From Eledone cirrhosa (Eukaryota): a stretch of 64,000 bases of DNA. The position numbers and the translations under genes were made by a program. Position 1 is the first letter of the stretch, and every line of letters starts with the position of its first letter. Below are positions 26,100 through 40,600 of the stretch, piece by piece. Location: the NCBI GenBank assembly GCA_964016885.1, contig OZ024743.1:96658001-96722000 (forward strand), written 5' to 3'. A model generated the notes under the pieces. It ran no database searches. It saw nothing but the letters and a program-made list of their open reading frames with translations, and was not told the origin of the DNA.

Positions 26100-27400
26100 G
26101 TACTTTTGTTACGTTATGCTCCAGTCATCAACTAAATATAAAAAAACTTAGTTCCATTACTAAATTCACCCAAATTCTCTATTATTTTCAAAACTATTAC
26201 AAATTCAGATAGTATCTATCATTAGAAATATGGTAAAGAAAAGGGCTAAACTTTATCTCAATGCCATACTTGAAAAAACTTTCAGGAGTACCCAAAAGCC
26301 ATAAACAGTTTACTGTCCATGTAGGAAATGAAAAAATTTCATTTCCTACATGGTCAGTAAACTGTTCAATATTAGAAGACTGAAAGCCAAGATAAAAAAA
26401 ACAAAGAAAATGATCAAAACATACAAATTTCTTTTGGGGGAAGACTTTGAAACACTTGCAATTGAACAATCAACTATGGAATTTTGACCAGCACCTGTAA
26501 AGCAGATGTTATGTTGCAGAAAGTCTGGAATCAGCTTGTTGCTACATCAACTGCCATCATTAACATCATCACCAGCAGCATACTACAATCCTCTGAACAT
26601 TTGAATTACTGAGGAAATTACATCTTAGACAATAAATCAACTGATAAAGAACAGACTGTGGAAACTAACTTACAGTTTTCTATGAAAGCTGTTCTCCAAT
26701 AATATGATCTCTCTGTCAACATCATATTGGCTGTATGGGAATAATTATGCCTGATCTCACCTACTGCTATGAAACTGGGATACTATATACGTGACAAAGA
26801 ACACCATTTGAAATCTTCCACCAAAGAAAACTAGGACATATTAAAGAACAAGTGGTAGGGCAGATTGATACTAAATAGTTCCTATTGTATAGAGCACTTG
26901 TATTATAAATAGGGTAACCAAAGTACAAATGAGATAGGTAGGACACCTTGTATGCAATCTCTGTGCTAAATGTATTAAGGCAGTCCTTTATTCAGAGGTG
27001 CAACTAGAAGCCTGATGATTGGGCAGACAAAAGAAAAGGTACAGTAACCAGCTCAACGAAATACTAAAATAGTACAAGGCACCTCAGATCCAACAGGAAA
27101 AAATGGAAAACATTCCCATTTACATCTGCCCAACTGTAGTCAGTGGTGTACAAACCATACAATCATGCAAACAACATGAAAAGAACAGATGACAACTGGT
27201 CTGTACTGCCAAAACTAACAACTATCAACTCACAAAACCACCATGCATATGTGCTTCATGTGTGCAAAGGAATGTGGGTTTTGAATTGGTTTACATGTGC
27301 CTTCAGCTTCTGGGTGAAAGTATTCATTTCATTATCAGCTATGATGGATGATTGTATAGAAGAAGAGAAGTAGAACCTAGATCTAGATGTTATAAGCTGA
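26100..27400 (+). pseudogene. Possible highly decayed DNA-transposon coding relic (Academ-like XPG/PIN plus Cys-rich tail)
   Basis: Scattered weak motifs: KADVML (cf. EADT), YETG, ENIP..VVYK..WSVLP, then VCKG..FTC and an acidic tail. Many stops. Confidence 0.3.
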
Positions 27401-29111
27401 GGCGTGAATATTGTTCCCATCTAGCAGGAGCAATAGTATATTGATAATTGTTTGTGTTACTTGCAGAAGGATGGGCTTTCCCAAGCTCACTTATCCTAAA
27501 CACACTCAATTAACACAAATTATTCAGGGATACTCTTACAAAGCAATAGTTTTACAGGATGCACCATATATGTTCATGTGTGTCTATGCATATTTATGAG
27601 TTTGTATATTATATCTGTTTGTATAAGATGTGTAATAATATATACTTGTGCATGTATATATATATGTGTGTGTGCATATGAGCTTGATCCTTTGTGTGTG
27701 TGTGTGTGTATCTATATGCTATTAAAGTTATGGGTTTGTATTTCTGTTTATATGCACCAAGACTTTAACAAAAAACATTCCATTATATTATAATAGTTGA
27801 TCAACGTCCCAGACCTCATTTGCTTAATTAGTGAGGTGGAGCTCGTTATATTGAAAAGGTTTTTTGACTAATGAGTTCTTAGACACAGGCGTTTTTGCCT
27901 AAAATAACTGTTAATACATTTCTGGGCTTGGAAGCCTAAAATCTAAAAAATGTTTTTCCCTATTTTATTAATGTAGAAAAGTCATTTCTAGCTATTTATG
28001 TAAAAAAGACAACAGAAACTAACATGTGTGGGCACAAATAAACAGAGGTACTTACATATGAAAATACATACACTCACCAATCTACTATATATTTGAGAGT
28101 GTATGTGTGTTTATGTTATTTGTTTGTATGTGTGTTTGACATCAAAAGGCTCCGACATGATGTGTCCTAGAATAAAAAAAGGGATTTGATTTTGGAAAGC
28201 TGCATCCTAAGGAGAAGATTCTTCATTCAGATAAGAATAAAAGAAAAAGGTAAAGAAAAAATAGAAAATAGTAATAGAATCAATCACTGTTACTGTGACA
28301 ATTTAAGTAGTCTGGCTTTTATTGATTGTCCCATGCATTCCTTCAATGCAACCTTATTATGCCATTCATGCCACCAGCAATAGTCATTGGTTTTGCTATG
28401 GGGCAGAGAGTTATCTTCACAGAGATCAACTGATGTTCACATGAAGATTCTCACACTAAAGTACACAACAAGTCACTGATACTACTTTAACATACAGCTC
28501 CACTGAGTAAATTTCCATAGAAATCACATTGGGGACAATTGACGATTCATGGGGAATAAGCAATGAGACATGTGGCTCAGGGAAGATATGGTCTGCCATG
28601 GAATAAAGAAAATTGAAAGAAAGGTATTCTATGGTGAAAATTGCTCAGCAACAACAGGCTGCTCTGCTAGTATATATATATACATATCTATCTATCTCTC
28701 TATATATATAAATAAGGAAGTAGATGTCAATAGGTTAGAATATACCTAGTTTATTTGTTACACAATCACTGTTTTGTGTATTTCAATGGTAAGTGCTTTG
28801 TAACAGCTACAACTTCACCAGACAGCTATTACATGAACAATCAAAAATAAAGATGAATATTCTCATGCTATTTCCATTTGGTGATATATCACAAGTGTAC
28901 AGGTTATTGATGTTGCTCCCTGAAAGCCCTGCTGGCATTTGAGTTGGTATAAACAACCTCACAACATCATCACAAAGGGTAAATGACATCTAACTATTAG
29001 TTGAAGATAGTTTCAACTGACCATCCTCCTAGACTTCCTGAATTCCCCAGAGGCACCAAGGACTGATATGGTCTAATCACTCTAGTATCAGATCATTTTA
29101 TTATTAATCAG

Positions 29112-29300
29112 AGCAGTAGATTGGCAGTATCGGTAGAGCATCAGACAATATGATCTGAGTTCAAATCCTCCTGAGGTTAGCTTTGTCATTCATCTTTACA
29201 GGATTGATAAAATAAAGTACCAGTAACGCACTGGGGTTGATTTAATCTACTTTCCCACCCCAAAATTGTTGGCCTTGTGCCGAAATCAGAAACCATTATT
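29112..29300 (+). mobile_element. SINE family B copy with internal deletion
   Basis: Family consensus match. Confidence 0.75.
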
Positions 29301-29950
29301 AATTGGGTAACTAATACATTCATCATCATCATCATCGCCATCATTACAGGTTAACGTCTATTTCCCATGCTTTCATGGATTAGACAGGCTGTCATGCTAT
29401 GTGGCTAGACAGGTCAGGTGACAATGTTTTGCTCATATGATCTGTTTTGGGCTTGGTTTTCTATGGCTGGCTGCCCTTCCTAATGTCAACCACCTTACAT
29501 TGTGTACTGGAAGCATTTTTCATAGCACCAGTATTACCACCTTACAGGGTGGATTCGGTGCTTTTCATGATGGCACCGGTACAACCATATTACATTAGTT
29601 GGTTAAATCACCAATTGATTATTTACCTAATTTACTTAACACTCCCTGTGATCTTATCAATGATTTATCCACTCAGTTTCTCCTCTCCATCTCAGCCTGA
29701 CTTCCAGCTTATTCCAGCTTTTAAAAAATGGAGTATGATAGAGTTTTGACAACTAAGTAAATAACTGATTGGTGATTTAACCAGCTTGTGGATAGATTCA
29801 ATATCTGATTAATTATAAAAACTGAAGTGAATATCATCAGTGCATCCATTACCAGCACGGCACTCCTTACTTTTATTTCTTTTCTATTTTGCTTTTGACA
29901 TTTCATTCACATTTTCATCACACTAAGTGATGTAGGTGTAGCTTAAAGAT

Positions 29951-31578
29951 TTAACCCCTTTCTTACCTCTTTCTTACCCCTTTCTTACCTTATCTTGCCC
30001 TATCTTACCCCTTTCTTACCCTATCTTATTCCTCTCTTACTCCCTTTCTTACCCCTTTCTTACACTATCTTAGCCATTTCTTAACCTATCGTACCCCGTT
30101 CTTACTCCCTTTCTTACCCATTCTTACCATATCTTACCCCTTTCTTACCCCATCGTACCTCTTTCTTACTCTTTCTTACCATATCTTACTCCTCTCTTAC
30201 TCCCTTTCTTACCCCTTTCTTACTCTATCTTACCCCTTCTTACCCTATATTAACCCTTTCTTACCATATCTTACCATATTTCTTACCCTATCTTACCCCT
30301 TTCTTACCCTATCTTACCCTATTTCTTACCCTATCTTACCCCATCTTACACCCTTTCTTACCCTATCTCACCCTTTCTTACCATATCTTACCCATTTCTT
30401 GCCCTAAATCACCCCTTTCATACCATATCTTACCCCTTTCTTACCCTATCTCACCCATTTCATACCATATCTTACCCCTTTCTTACCCTATCTTACCCCC
30501 CTTCTACCCTAACTCACCCCTTTCATACCATATCTTACCCCTGCTTACCCTATCTTACCCCTTTTTTACCATATCTTACCCATTTCTTACCCTATCTTAC
30601 CGCTTTCTTACCCTATCTTACCCCCTTTCTTACCCTATCTTAACCCCTTTCTTACCCTATCTTAACCCCTTTCTTACCCTATCTTACCCTATATTAACCC
30701 TTTCTTACCATATCTTACCATATTTCTTAACATATCTTACCCCTTCCTTACCCTATCTTACCCCTTTCTTACCATATCTTACCCCTTTCTTACCCTATCT
30801 CACCCTTTTCTTACCATATCTTACCCTTTTCTTACCACATCTTACCCATTTCTTACCCTATCTTACCCCTTTCTAACAAAATCTTACCATATTTCTTACC
30901 CTATCTTACCCCTTTCTTACCCTATCTTACCCTATTTCTTACCCTATCTTACCCCATCTTACACCCTTTCTTACCCTATCTCACCCTTTCTTACCATATC
31001 TTACCCATTTCTTACCCTATCTCACCCCTTTCATACCATATTTTACCCCTTTCTTACACTATCTCACCCCTTTCATACCATATCTTACCCCTTTCTTACC
31101 CTATCTCACCCCTTTCATACCATATCTTACCCATTTCTTACCCTATTTCACCCCTTTCATACCATATCTTACCCCTTTCTTACCCTATCTACTCCCCTTC
31201 TTACCCTATCTTACCCCTTTCTTACCCTATCTCACCCCTTTCATACCATATCTTACCCCTTTCTTACCCTATCTTACCCCTTTCTTACCCTATATTACCA
31301 TATTTCTTACTCTATCTTACCCCTGTCTTACCAAATCTTACCATATTTCTTACCCTATCATACCGTTTTCTTACCCTATCTTACCCCCTTTCTTACCCTA
31401 TCTCACCCCTTTCTTACCCTATATTACCATATTCCTTACCCTAACTTACCCCTTTCTTACCCTATCTTACCCCTTTCTTACCCTATCTTACCCCTTTCTT
31501 ACCCCTTTCTTACCCCCTTTCTAACCATATCTTAGCCCTTCCTTACCCTATCTTACCCCCTTTCTTACCATATTTCTT
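29951..31578. repeat. 1.6-kb pyrimidine-rich satellite of alternating 10/11-bp units (TTACCCTATC / TTACCCCTTTC)
   Basis: Direct inspection; minus strand is GGGTAAGA-rich. Confidence 0.95.
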
Positions 31579-31635
31579 AATAAGATAATTCAAGAATTCA
31601 AGTGATTTAGTAAAATAACTAATTATTGATGTGTG

Positions 31636-34600
31636 CACTGGTGCTGTCAACACTACCACACTGGTGCTGTCAACACTACCACCCTGGTGCTGTCAACACT
31701 ACCACACTGGTGCTGTCAACACTACCACCCTGGTGCTGTCTACACTACCACACTGGTGCTGTCTACACTACCACACTGGTGCTGTCAACACTACCACACT
31801 GGTGCTGTCAACAGTACCACACTGGTGCTGTCAACACTACCACCCTGGTGCTGTCAACACTACCACACTGGTGCTGTCAACACTACCACCCTGGTGCTGT
31901 CTACACTACCACACTGGTGCTGTCTACACTACCACACTGGTGCTGTCAACACTACCGCACTGGTGCTGTCAACACTACCACACTGGTGCTGTGAACACTA
32001 CCACAATGGTGCTGTCAACACTACCACACTGGTGCTGTCAACACTACCACACTGGTGCTGTCAACACTACCACACTGGTGCTGTCAACACTACCACACTG
32101 GTGCTGTCAACACTACCACCCTGGTGCTGTCAACACTACCACACTGGTGCTGTCAACACTACCACACTGGTGCTGTCAACACTACCACACTGGTGCTGTC
32201 AACACTACCACCCTGGTGCTGTCAACACTACCACACTGGTGCTGTCAACACTACCACCCTGGTGCTGTCTACTCTACCACACTGGTGCTGTCTACACTAC
32301 CACACTGGTGCTGTCAACACTACCGCACTGGTGCTGTCAACACTACCACACTGGTGCTGTGAACACTACCACAATGGTGCTGTCAACACTACCACACTGG
32401 TGCTGTCAACACTACCACACTGGTGCTGTCAACACTACCACACTGGTGCTGTGAACACTACCACAATGGTGCTGTCAACACTACCACCCTGGTGCTGTCT
32501 ACACTACCACACTGGTGCTGTCAACACTACCACACTGGTGCTGTCAACACTACCGCACTGGTGCTGTCAACACTACCACACTGGTGCTGTGAACACTACC
32601 ACAATGGTGCTGTCAACACTACCACACTGGTGCTGTCAACACTACCACCCTGGTGCTGTCAACACTACCGCACTGGTGCTGTCAACACTACCACACTGGT
32701 GCTGTGAACACTACCACAATGGTGCTGTCAACACTACCACACTGGTGCTGTCAACACTACCACACTGGTGCTGTCTACACTACCACACTGGTGCTGTCAA
32801 CACTACCACAATGGTGCTGTGAACACTACCACACTGGTGCTGTCAACACTACCACCCTGGTGCTGTCAACACTACCACACTGGTGCTGTCAACACTACCA
32901 CACTGGTGCTGTCAACACTACCACACTGGTGCTGTCAACACTACCACACTGGTGCTGTCAACACTACCACACTGGTGCTGTCTACACTACCACACTGGTG
33001 CTGTGAACACTACCACAATGGTGCTGTGAACACTACCACACTGGTGCTGTCAACACTACCACCCTGGTGCTGTCAACACTACCGCACTGGTGCTGTCAAC
33101 ACTACCACACTGGTGCTGTGAACACTACCACAATGGTGCTGTCAACACTACCACACTGGTGCTGTCAACACTACCACCCTGGTGCTGTCAACACTACCGC
33201 ACTGGTGCTGTCTACACTACCACACTGGTGCTGTCTACACTACCACACTGGTGCTATCAACACTACCACACTGGTGCTGTCTACACTACCACACTGGTGC
33301 TGTCAACACTACCACACTGGTGATGTCAACACTACCACACTGGTGCTGTCTACACTACCACACTGGTGCTGTCAACACTACCACACTGGTGCTGTCTACA
33401 CTACCACACTGGTGCTATCAACACTACCACACTGGTGCTGTCAACACTACCACACTGGTGCTGTCTACACTACCACACTGGTGCTGTCTACACTACCACA
33501 CTGGTGATGTCAACAGTACCACACTGGTGCTGTCTACACTACCGCACTGGTGCTGTCAACACTACCACACTGGTGCTGTCAACACTACCACACTGGTGCT
33601 GTCAACACTACCACACTGGTGCTGTCTACACTACCACACTGGTGCTGTCTACACTACCACACTGGTGCTGTCAACACTACCACACTGGTGCTGTCTACAC
33701 TACCACACTGGTGCTGTCAACACTACCACACTGGTGCTGTCAACACTACCACACTGGTGCTGTCAACACTACCACACAGGCGCTGTCTACACTACCACAC
33801 TGGTGCTGTCAACACTACCACACTGGTGCTGTCTACACTACCACACTGATGCTGTCAACACTACCACACTGGTGCTGTCAACACTACCACACTGGTGCTG
33901 TCAACACTACCACACTGGTGCTGTCAACACTACCACACAGGTGCTGTCTACACTACCACACTGGTGCTGTCAACACTACCACACTGGTGCTGTCTACACT
34001 ACCACACTGATGCTGTCAACACTACCACACTGGTGCTGTCAACACTACCACACAGGTGCTGTCTACACTACCACACTGGTGCTGTCAACACTACCACACT
34101 GGTGCTGTCTACACTACCACACTGATGCTGTCAACACTACCGCACTGGTGCTGTCAACACTACCACACTGGTGCTGTCAACACTACCACACTGGTGCTGT
34201 GAACACTACCACACTGATGCTGTCAACACTACCACACTGGTGCAGTCTACACTACCACACTGGTGCTGTCAACACTACCACATTGGTGCTGTCAACACTA
34301 CCGCACTGGTGCTGTCAACACTACCACAATGGTGCTGTCATCACTACCACACTGGTGCTGTCAACACTACCACACTGGTGCTGTGAACACTACCACACTG
34401 ATGCTGTCAACACTACCACACTGGTGCTGTCTACACTACCACACTGGTGCTGTCAACACTACCACAATGGTGCTGTCATCACTACCACACTGGTGCTGTC
34501 AACACTACCACACTGGTGCTGTCAACACTACCACACTGGTGCTGTCTACACTACCACACTGGTGCTGTCAACACTACCACACTGGTGCTGTCTACACTAC

Positions 34601-37600
34601 CACACTGGTGCTGTCAACACTACCAGACTGATGCTGTCAAAACTACCGCACTGGTGCTGTCAACACTACCACACTGGTGCTGTCAACACTACCACACTGG
34701 TGCTGTGAACACTACCACACTGATGCTGTCAACACTACCACACTGGTGCTGTCTACACTACCACACTGGTGCTGTCAACACTACCACACTGGTGCTGTCA
34801 ACACTACCGCACTGGTGCTGTCAACACTACCACAATGGTGCTGTCATCACTACCACACTGGTGCTGTCAACACTACCACACTGGTGCTGTGAACACTACC
34901 ACACTGATGCTGTCAACACTACCACACTGGTGCTGTCTACACTACCACACTGGTGCTGTCAACACTACCACACTGGTGCTGTCATCACTACCACACTGGT
35001 GCTGTCAACACTACCACACTGGTGCTGTCAACACTACCACACTGGTGCTTTCTACACTACCACACTGGTGCTGTCAACACTACCACACTGGTGCTGTCTA
35101 CACTACCACACTGGTGCTGTCAACACTACCACACTGGTGCTGTCTACACTACCACACTGATGCTGTCAACACTACCACACTGGTGCTGTCTACACTACCA
35201 CACTGGTGCTGTCAACACTACCACACTGGTGCTGTCAACACTACCACACTGGTGCTGTCAACACTACCACACTGGTGCTGTCAACACTACCACACTGGTG
35301 CTGTCTACACTACCACACTGGTGCTGTCTACACTACCACACTGGTGCTGTCTACACTACCACACTGGTGCTGTCTACACTACCACACTGGTGCTGTCAAC
35401 ACTACCACACTGGTGCTGTCAACACTACCACACTGGTGCTGTCTACACTACCACACTGGTGCTGTCTACACTACCACACTGGTGCTGTCAACACTACCAC
35501 ACTGGTGCTGTCAACACTACCACACTGGTGCTGTCTACACTACCACACTGGTGCTGTCAACAGTACCACACTGGTGCTGTCTACACTACCATACTGGTGC
35601 TGTCAACAGTACCACACTGGTGCTGTCTACACTACCACACTGGTGCTGTCAACACTACCACACTGGTGCTGTCAACACTACCACACAGGTGTTGTCAACA
35701 CTACCACACTGGTGCTGTCTACACTACCACACTGGTGCTGTCAACACTACCACACTGGTGCTGTCTACACTACCACACTGGTGCTGTCAACACTACCACA
35801 CTGGTGCTGTCAACACTACCACACTGGTGCTGTCTACACTACCACACTGGTGCTGTCAACACTACCACACTGGTGCTGTCAACACTACCACACTGGTGCT
35901 GTCTACACTACCACACTGGTGCTGTCAACAGTACCACACTGGTGCTGTCTACACTACCATACTGGTGCTGTCAACAGTACCACACTGGTGCTGTCTACAC
36001 TACCACACTGGTGCTGTCAACAGTACCACACCGTTGCTGTCAACACTACCACACTGGTGCTGTCAACACTACCACACTGTTGCTGTCTACACTACCACAC
36101 TGGTGCTGTCTACACTACCACACTGGTGATGTCAACAGTACCACACTGGTGCTGTCTACACTACCACACTGGTGATGTCAACAGTACCACACTGGTGCTG
36201 TCAACACTACCACACTGGTGCTGTCAACACTACCACACTGTTGCTGTCTACACTACCACACTGGTGCTGTCTACACTACCACACTGGTGATGTCAACACT
36301 ACCACACTGGTGCTGTGAACACTACCACACTGGTGCTGTCAACACTACCACACTGGTGCTGTCAACACTACCACACTGGTGCTATAAACACTACCACACT
36401 GGTGCTGTGAACACTACCACACTGGTGCTGTGAACACCACCACACTGGTGCTGTCAACACTACCACACTGGTGCTGTCAACACTACCACACTGGTGCTGT
36501 CAACACTACCACACTGGTGCTGTCAACACTACCACACTGGTGCTGTCAACACTACCACACTGTTGCTGTCTACACTACCGCACTGGTGCTGTCAACACTA
36601 CCACACTGGTGCTGTCAACACTACCACACTGGTGCTGTCAACACTACCACACTGGTGCTGTCAACACTACCACACTGGTGCTGTCAACACTACCACACTG
36701 GTGCTGTCAACACTACCACACTGGTGCTGTCAACACTACCACACTGGTGCTGTCAACACTACCGCACTGGTGCTGTCAACACTACCACACTGTTGCTGTC
36801 TACACTACCACACTGGTGCTGTCAACACTACCACACTGGTGCTGTTAACACTACCACACTGGTGCTGTGAACACTACCACACTGGTGCTGTCAACACTAC
36901 CACCCTGGTGCTGTCAACACTACCACAATGGTGCTGTCTACACTACCACACTGGTGCTGTCTACACTACCACACAGGTGCTGTCTACACTACCACACAGG
37001 TGCTGTCAACACTACCACACTGGTGCTGTCAACACTACCACACTGGTGCTGTCAACACTACCACAATGGTGCTGTCAACACTACCACACTGGTGCTGTCA
37101 ACACTACCACACTGGTGCTGTGAACACTACCACAATGGTGCTGTCAACACTACCACACTGGTGCTGTCAACACTACCACACTGGTGCTGTGAACACTACC
37201 ACAATGGTGCTGTCAACACTACCACACTGGTGCTGTCTACACTACCACACTGGTGCTGTCAACAGTACCACACTGGTGCTGTCTACACTACCATACTGGT
37301 GCTGTCAACAGTACCACACTGGTGCTGTCTACACTACCACACTGGTGCTGACAACAGTACCACACCGTTGCTGTCAACACTACCACACTGGTGCTGTCAA
37401 CACTACCACACTGTTGCTGTCTACACTACCACACTGGTGCTGTCTACACTACCACACTGGTGATGTCAACAGTACCACACTGGTGCTGTGAACACTACCA
37501 CACTGGTGCTGTCTACACTACCACACTGGTGATGTCAACAGTACCACACTGGTGCTGTCAACACTACCACACTGGTGCTGTCAACACTACCACACTGTTG

Positions 37601-40600
37601 CTGTCTACAATACCACACTGGTGCTGTCTACACTACCACACTGGTGATGTCAACACTACCACACTGGTGCTGTGAACACTACCACACTGGTGCTGTCAAC
37701 ACTACCACACTGGTGCTGTCAACACTACCACACTGGTGCTATAAACACTACCACACTGGTGCTGTGAACACTACCACACTGGTGCTGTCAACACTACCAC
37801 ACTGGTGCTGTGAACACTACCACACTGGTGCTGTCAACACTACCACACTGGTGCTGTCAACACTACCACACTGGTGCTGTCAACACTACCACACTGTTGC
37901 TGTCTACACTACCGCACTGGTGCTGTCAACACTACCACACTGGTGCTGTCAACACTACCACACTGGTGCTGTCAACACTACCACACTGGTGCTGTCAACA
38001 CTACCACACTGGTGCTGTCAACACTACCACACTGTTGCTGTCTACACTACCGCACTGGTGCTGTCAACACTACCACACTGGTGCTGTCAACACTACCACA
38101 CTGGTGCTGTCAACACTACCACACTGGTGCTGTCAACACTACCACACTGGTGCTGTCAACACTACCACACTGGTGCTGTCAACACTACCACACTGGTGCT
38201 GTCAACACTACCACACTGGTGCTGTCAACACTACCGCACTGGTGCTGTCAACACTACCACACTGTTGCTGTCTACACTACCACACTGGTGCTGTCAACAC
38301 TACCACACTGGTGCTGTTAACACTACCACACTGGTGCTGTGAACACTACCACACTGGTGCTGTCAACACTACCACCCTGGTGCTGTCAACACTACCACAA
38401 TGGTGCTGTCTACACTACCACACTGGTGCTGTCTACACTACCACACAGGTGCTGTCTACACTACCACACAGGTGCTGTCAACACTACCACACTGGTGCTG
38501 TCAACACTACCACACTGGTGCTGTCAACACTACCACAATGGTGCTGTCAACACTACCACACTGGTGCTGTCAACACTACCACACTGGTGCTGTGAACACT
38601 ACCACAATGGTGCTGTCAACACTACCACACTGGTGCTGTCAACACTACCACACTGGTGCTGTGAACACTACCACAATGGTGCTGTCAACACTACCACACT
38701 GGTGCTGTCAACACTACCACACTGGTGCTGTCAACACTACCACAATGGTGCTGTCAACACTACCACACTGGTGCTGTCAACACTACCACACTGGTGCTGT
38801 GAACACTACCACAATGGTGCTGTCAACACTACCACACTGGTGCTGTCAACACTACCACACTGGTGCTGTCAACACTACCACACTGGTGCTGTCAACACTA
38901 CCACACTGGTGCTGTCAACACTACCACACTGGTGCTGTCAACACTACCACACTGGTGCTGTCAACACTACCACACTGGTGCTGTCAACACTACCACACTG
39001 GTGCTGCCAACACTACCACACTGGTGCTGTCAACAGTACCACACTGGTGCTGTCAACACTACCACACTGGTGCTGTCAACACTACCACACTGGTGCTGTC
39101 AACACTACCACACTGGTGCTGTCAACAGTACCACACTGGTGTTGTCAACACTACCACACTGGTGCTGTCAACACTACCACACTGGTGCTGTGAACACTAC
39201 CACACTGGTGCTGTCAACACTACCACACTGGTGCTGTCAACACTACCACACTGGTGCTGTGAACACTACCACACTGATGCTGTCAACACTACCACACTGG
39301 TGCTGTCTACACTACCACACTGGTGCTGTCAACACTACCACACTGGTGCTGTCAACACTACCGCACTGGTGCTGTCAACACTACCACAATGGTGCTGTCA
39401 TCACTACCACACTGGTGCTGTCAACACTACCACACTGGTGCTGTGAACACTACCACACTGATGCTGTCAACACTACCACACTGGTGCTGTCTACACTACC
39501 ACACTGGTGCTGTCAACACTACCACACTGGTGCTGTCATCACTACCACACTGGTGCTGTCAACACTACCACACTGGTGCTGTCAACACTACCACACTGGT
39601 GCTGTCTACACTACCACACTGGTGCTGTCAACACTACCACACTGGTGCTGTCTACACTACCACACTGGTGCTGTCAACACTACCACACTGGTGCTGTCTA
39701 CACTACCACACTGATGCTGTCAACACTACCACACTGGTGCTGTCTACACTACCACACTGGTGCTGTCAACACTACCACACTGGTGCTGTCAACACTACCA
39801 CACTGGTGCTGTCAACACTACCACACTGGTGCTGTCAACACTACCACACTGGTGCTGTCTACACTACCACACTGGTGCTGTCTACACTACCACACTGGTG
39901 CTGTCTACACTACCACACTGGTGCTGTCTACACTACCACACTGGTGCTGTCAACACTACCACACTGGTGCTGTCAACACTACCACACTGGTGCTGTCTAC
40001 ACTACCACACTGGTGCTGTCTACACTACCACACTGGTGCTGTCAACACTACCACACTGGTGCTGTCAACACTACCACACTGGTGCTGTCTACACTACCAC
40101 ACTGGTGCTGTCAACAGTACCACACTGGTGCTGTCTACACTACCATACTGGTGCTGTCAACAGTACCACACTGGTGCTGTCTACACTACCACACTGGTGC
40201 TGTCAACACTACCACACTGGTGCTGTCAACACTACCACACAGGTGTTGTCAACACTACCACACTGGTGCTGTCTACACTACCACACTGGTGCTGTCAACA
40301 CTACCACACTGGTGCTGTCTACACTACCACACTGGTGCTGTCAACACTACCACACTGGTGCTGTCAACACTACCACACTGGTGCTGTCTACACTACCACA
40401 CTGGTGCTGTCAACACTACCACACTGGTGCTGTCAACACTACCACACTGGTGCTGTCTACACTACCACACTGGTGCTGTCAACAGTACCACACTGGTGCT
40501 GTCTACACTACCATACTGGTGCTGTCAACAGTACCACACTGGTGCTGTCTACACTACCACACTGGTGCTGTCAACAGTACCACACCGTTGCTGTCAACAC

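Noticed and set aside
31630-31660. 23-mer seeded from MITE P2 interior (CTGGTGTTTGGAACA vs CTGGTGCTGTGAACA)
   Set aside because: The position is suggestive, but the match is only 12/15 to a minor variant; too weak to claim.
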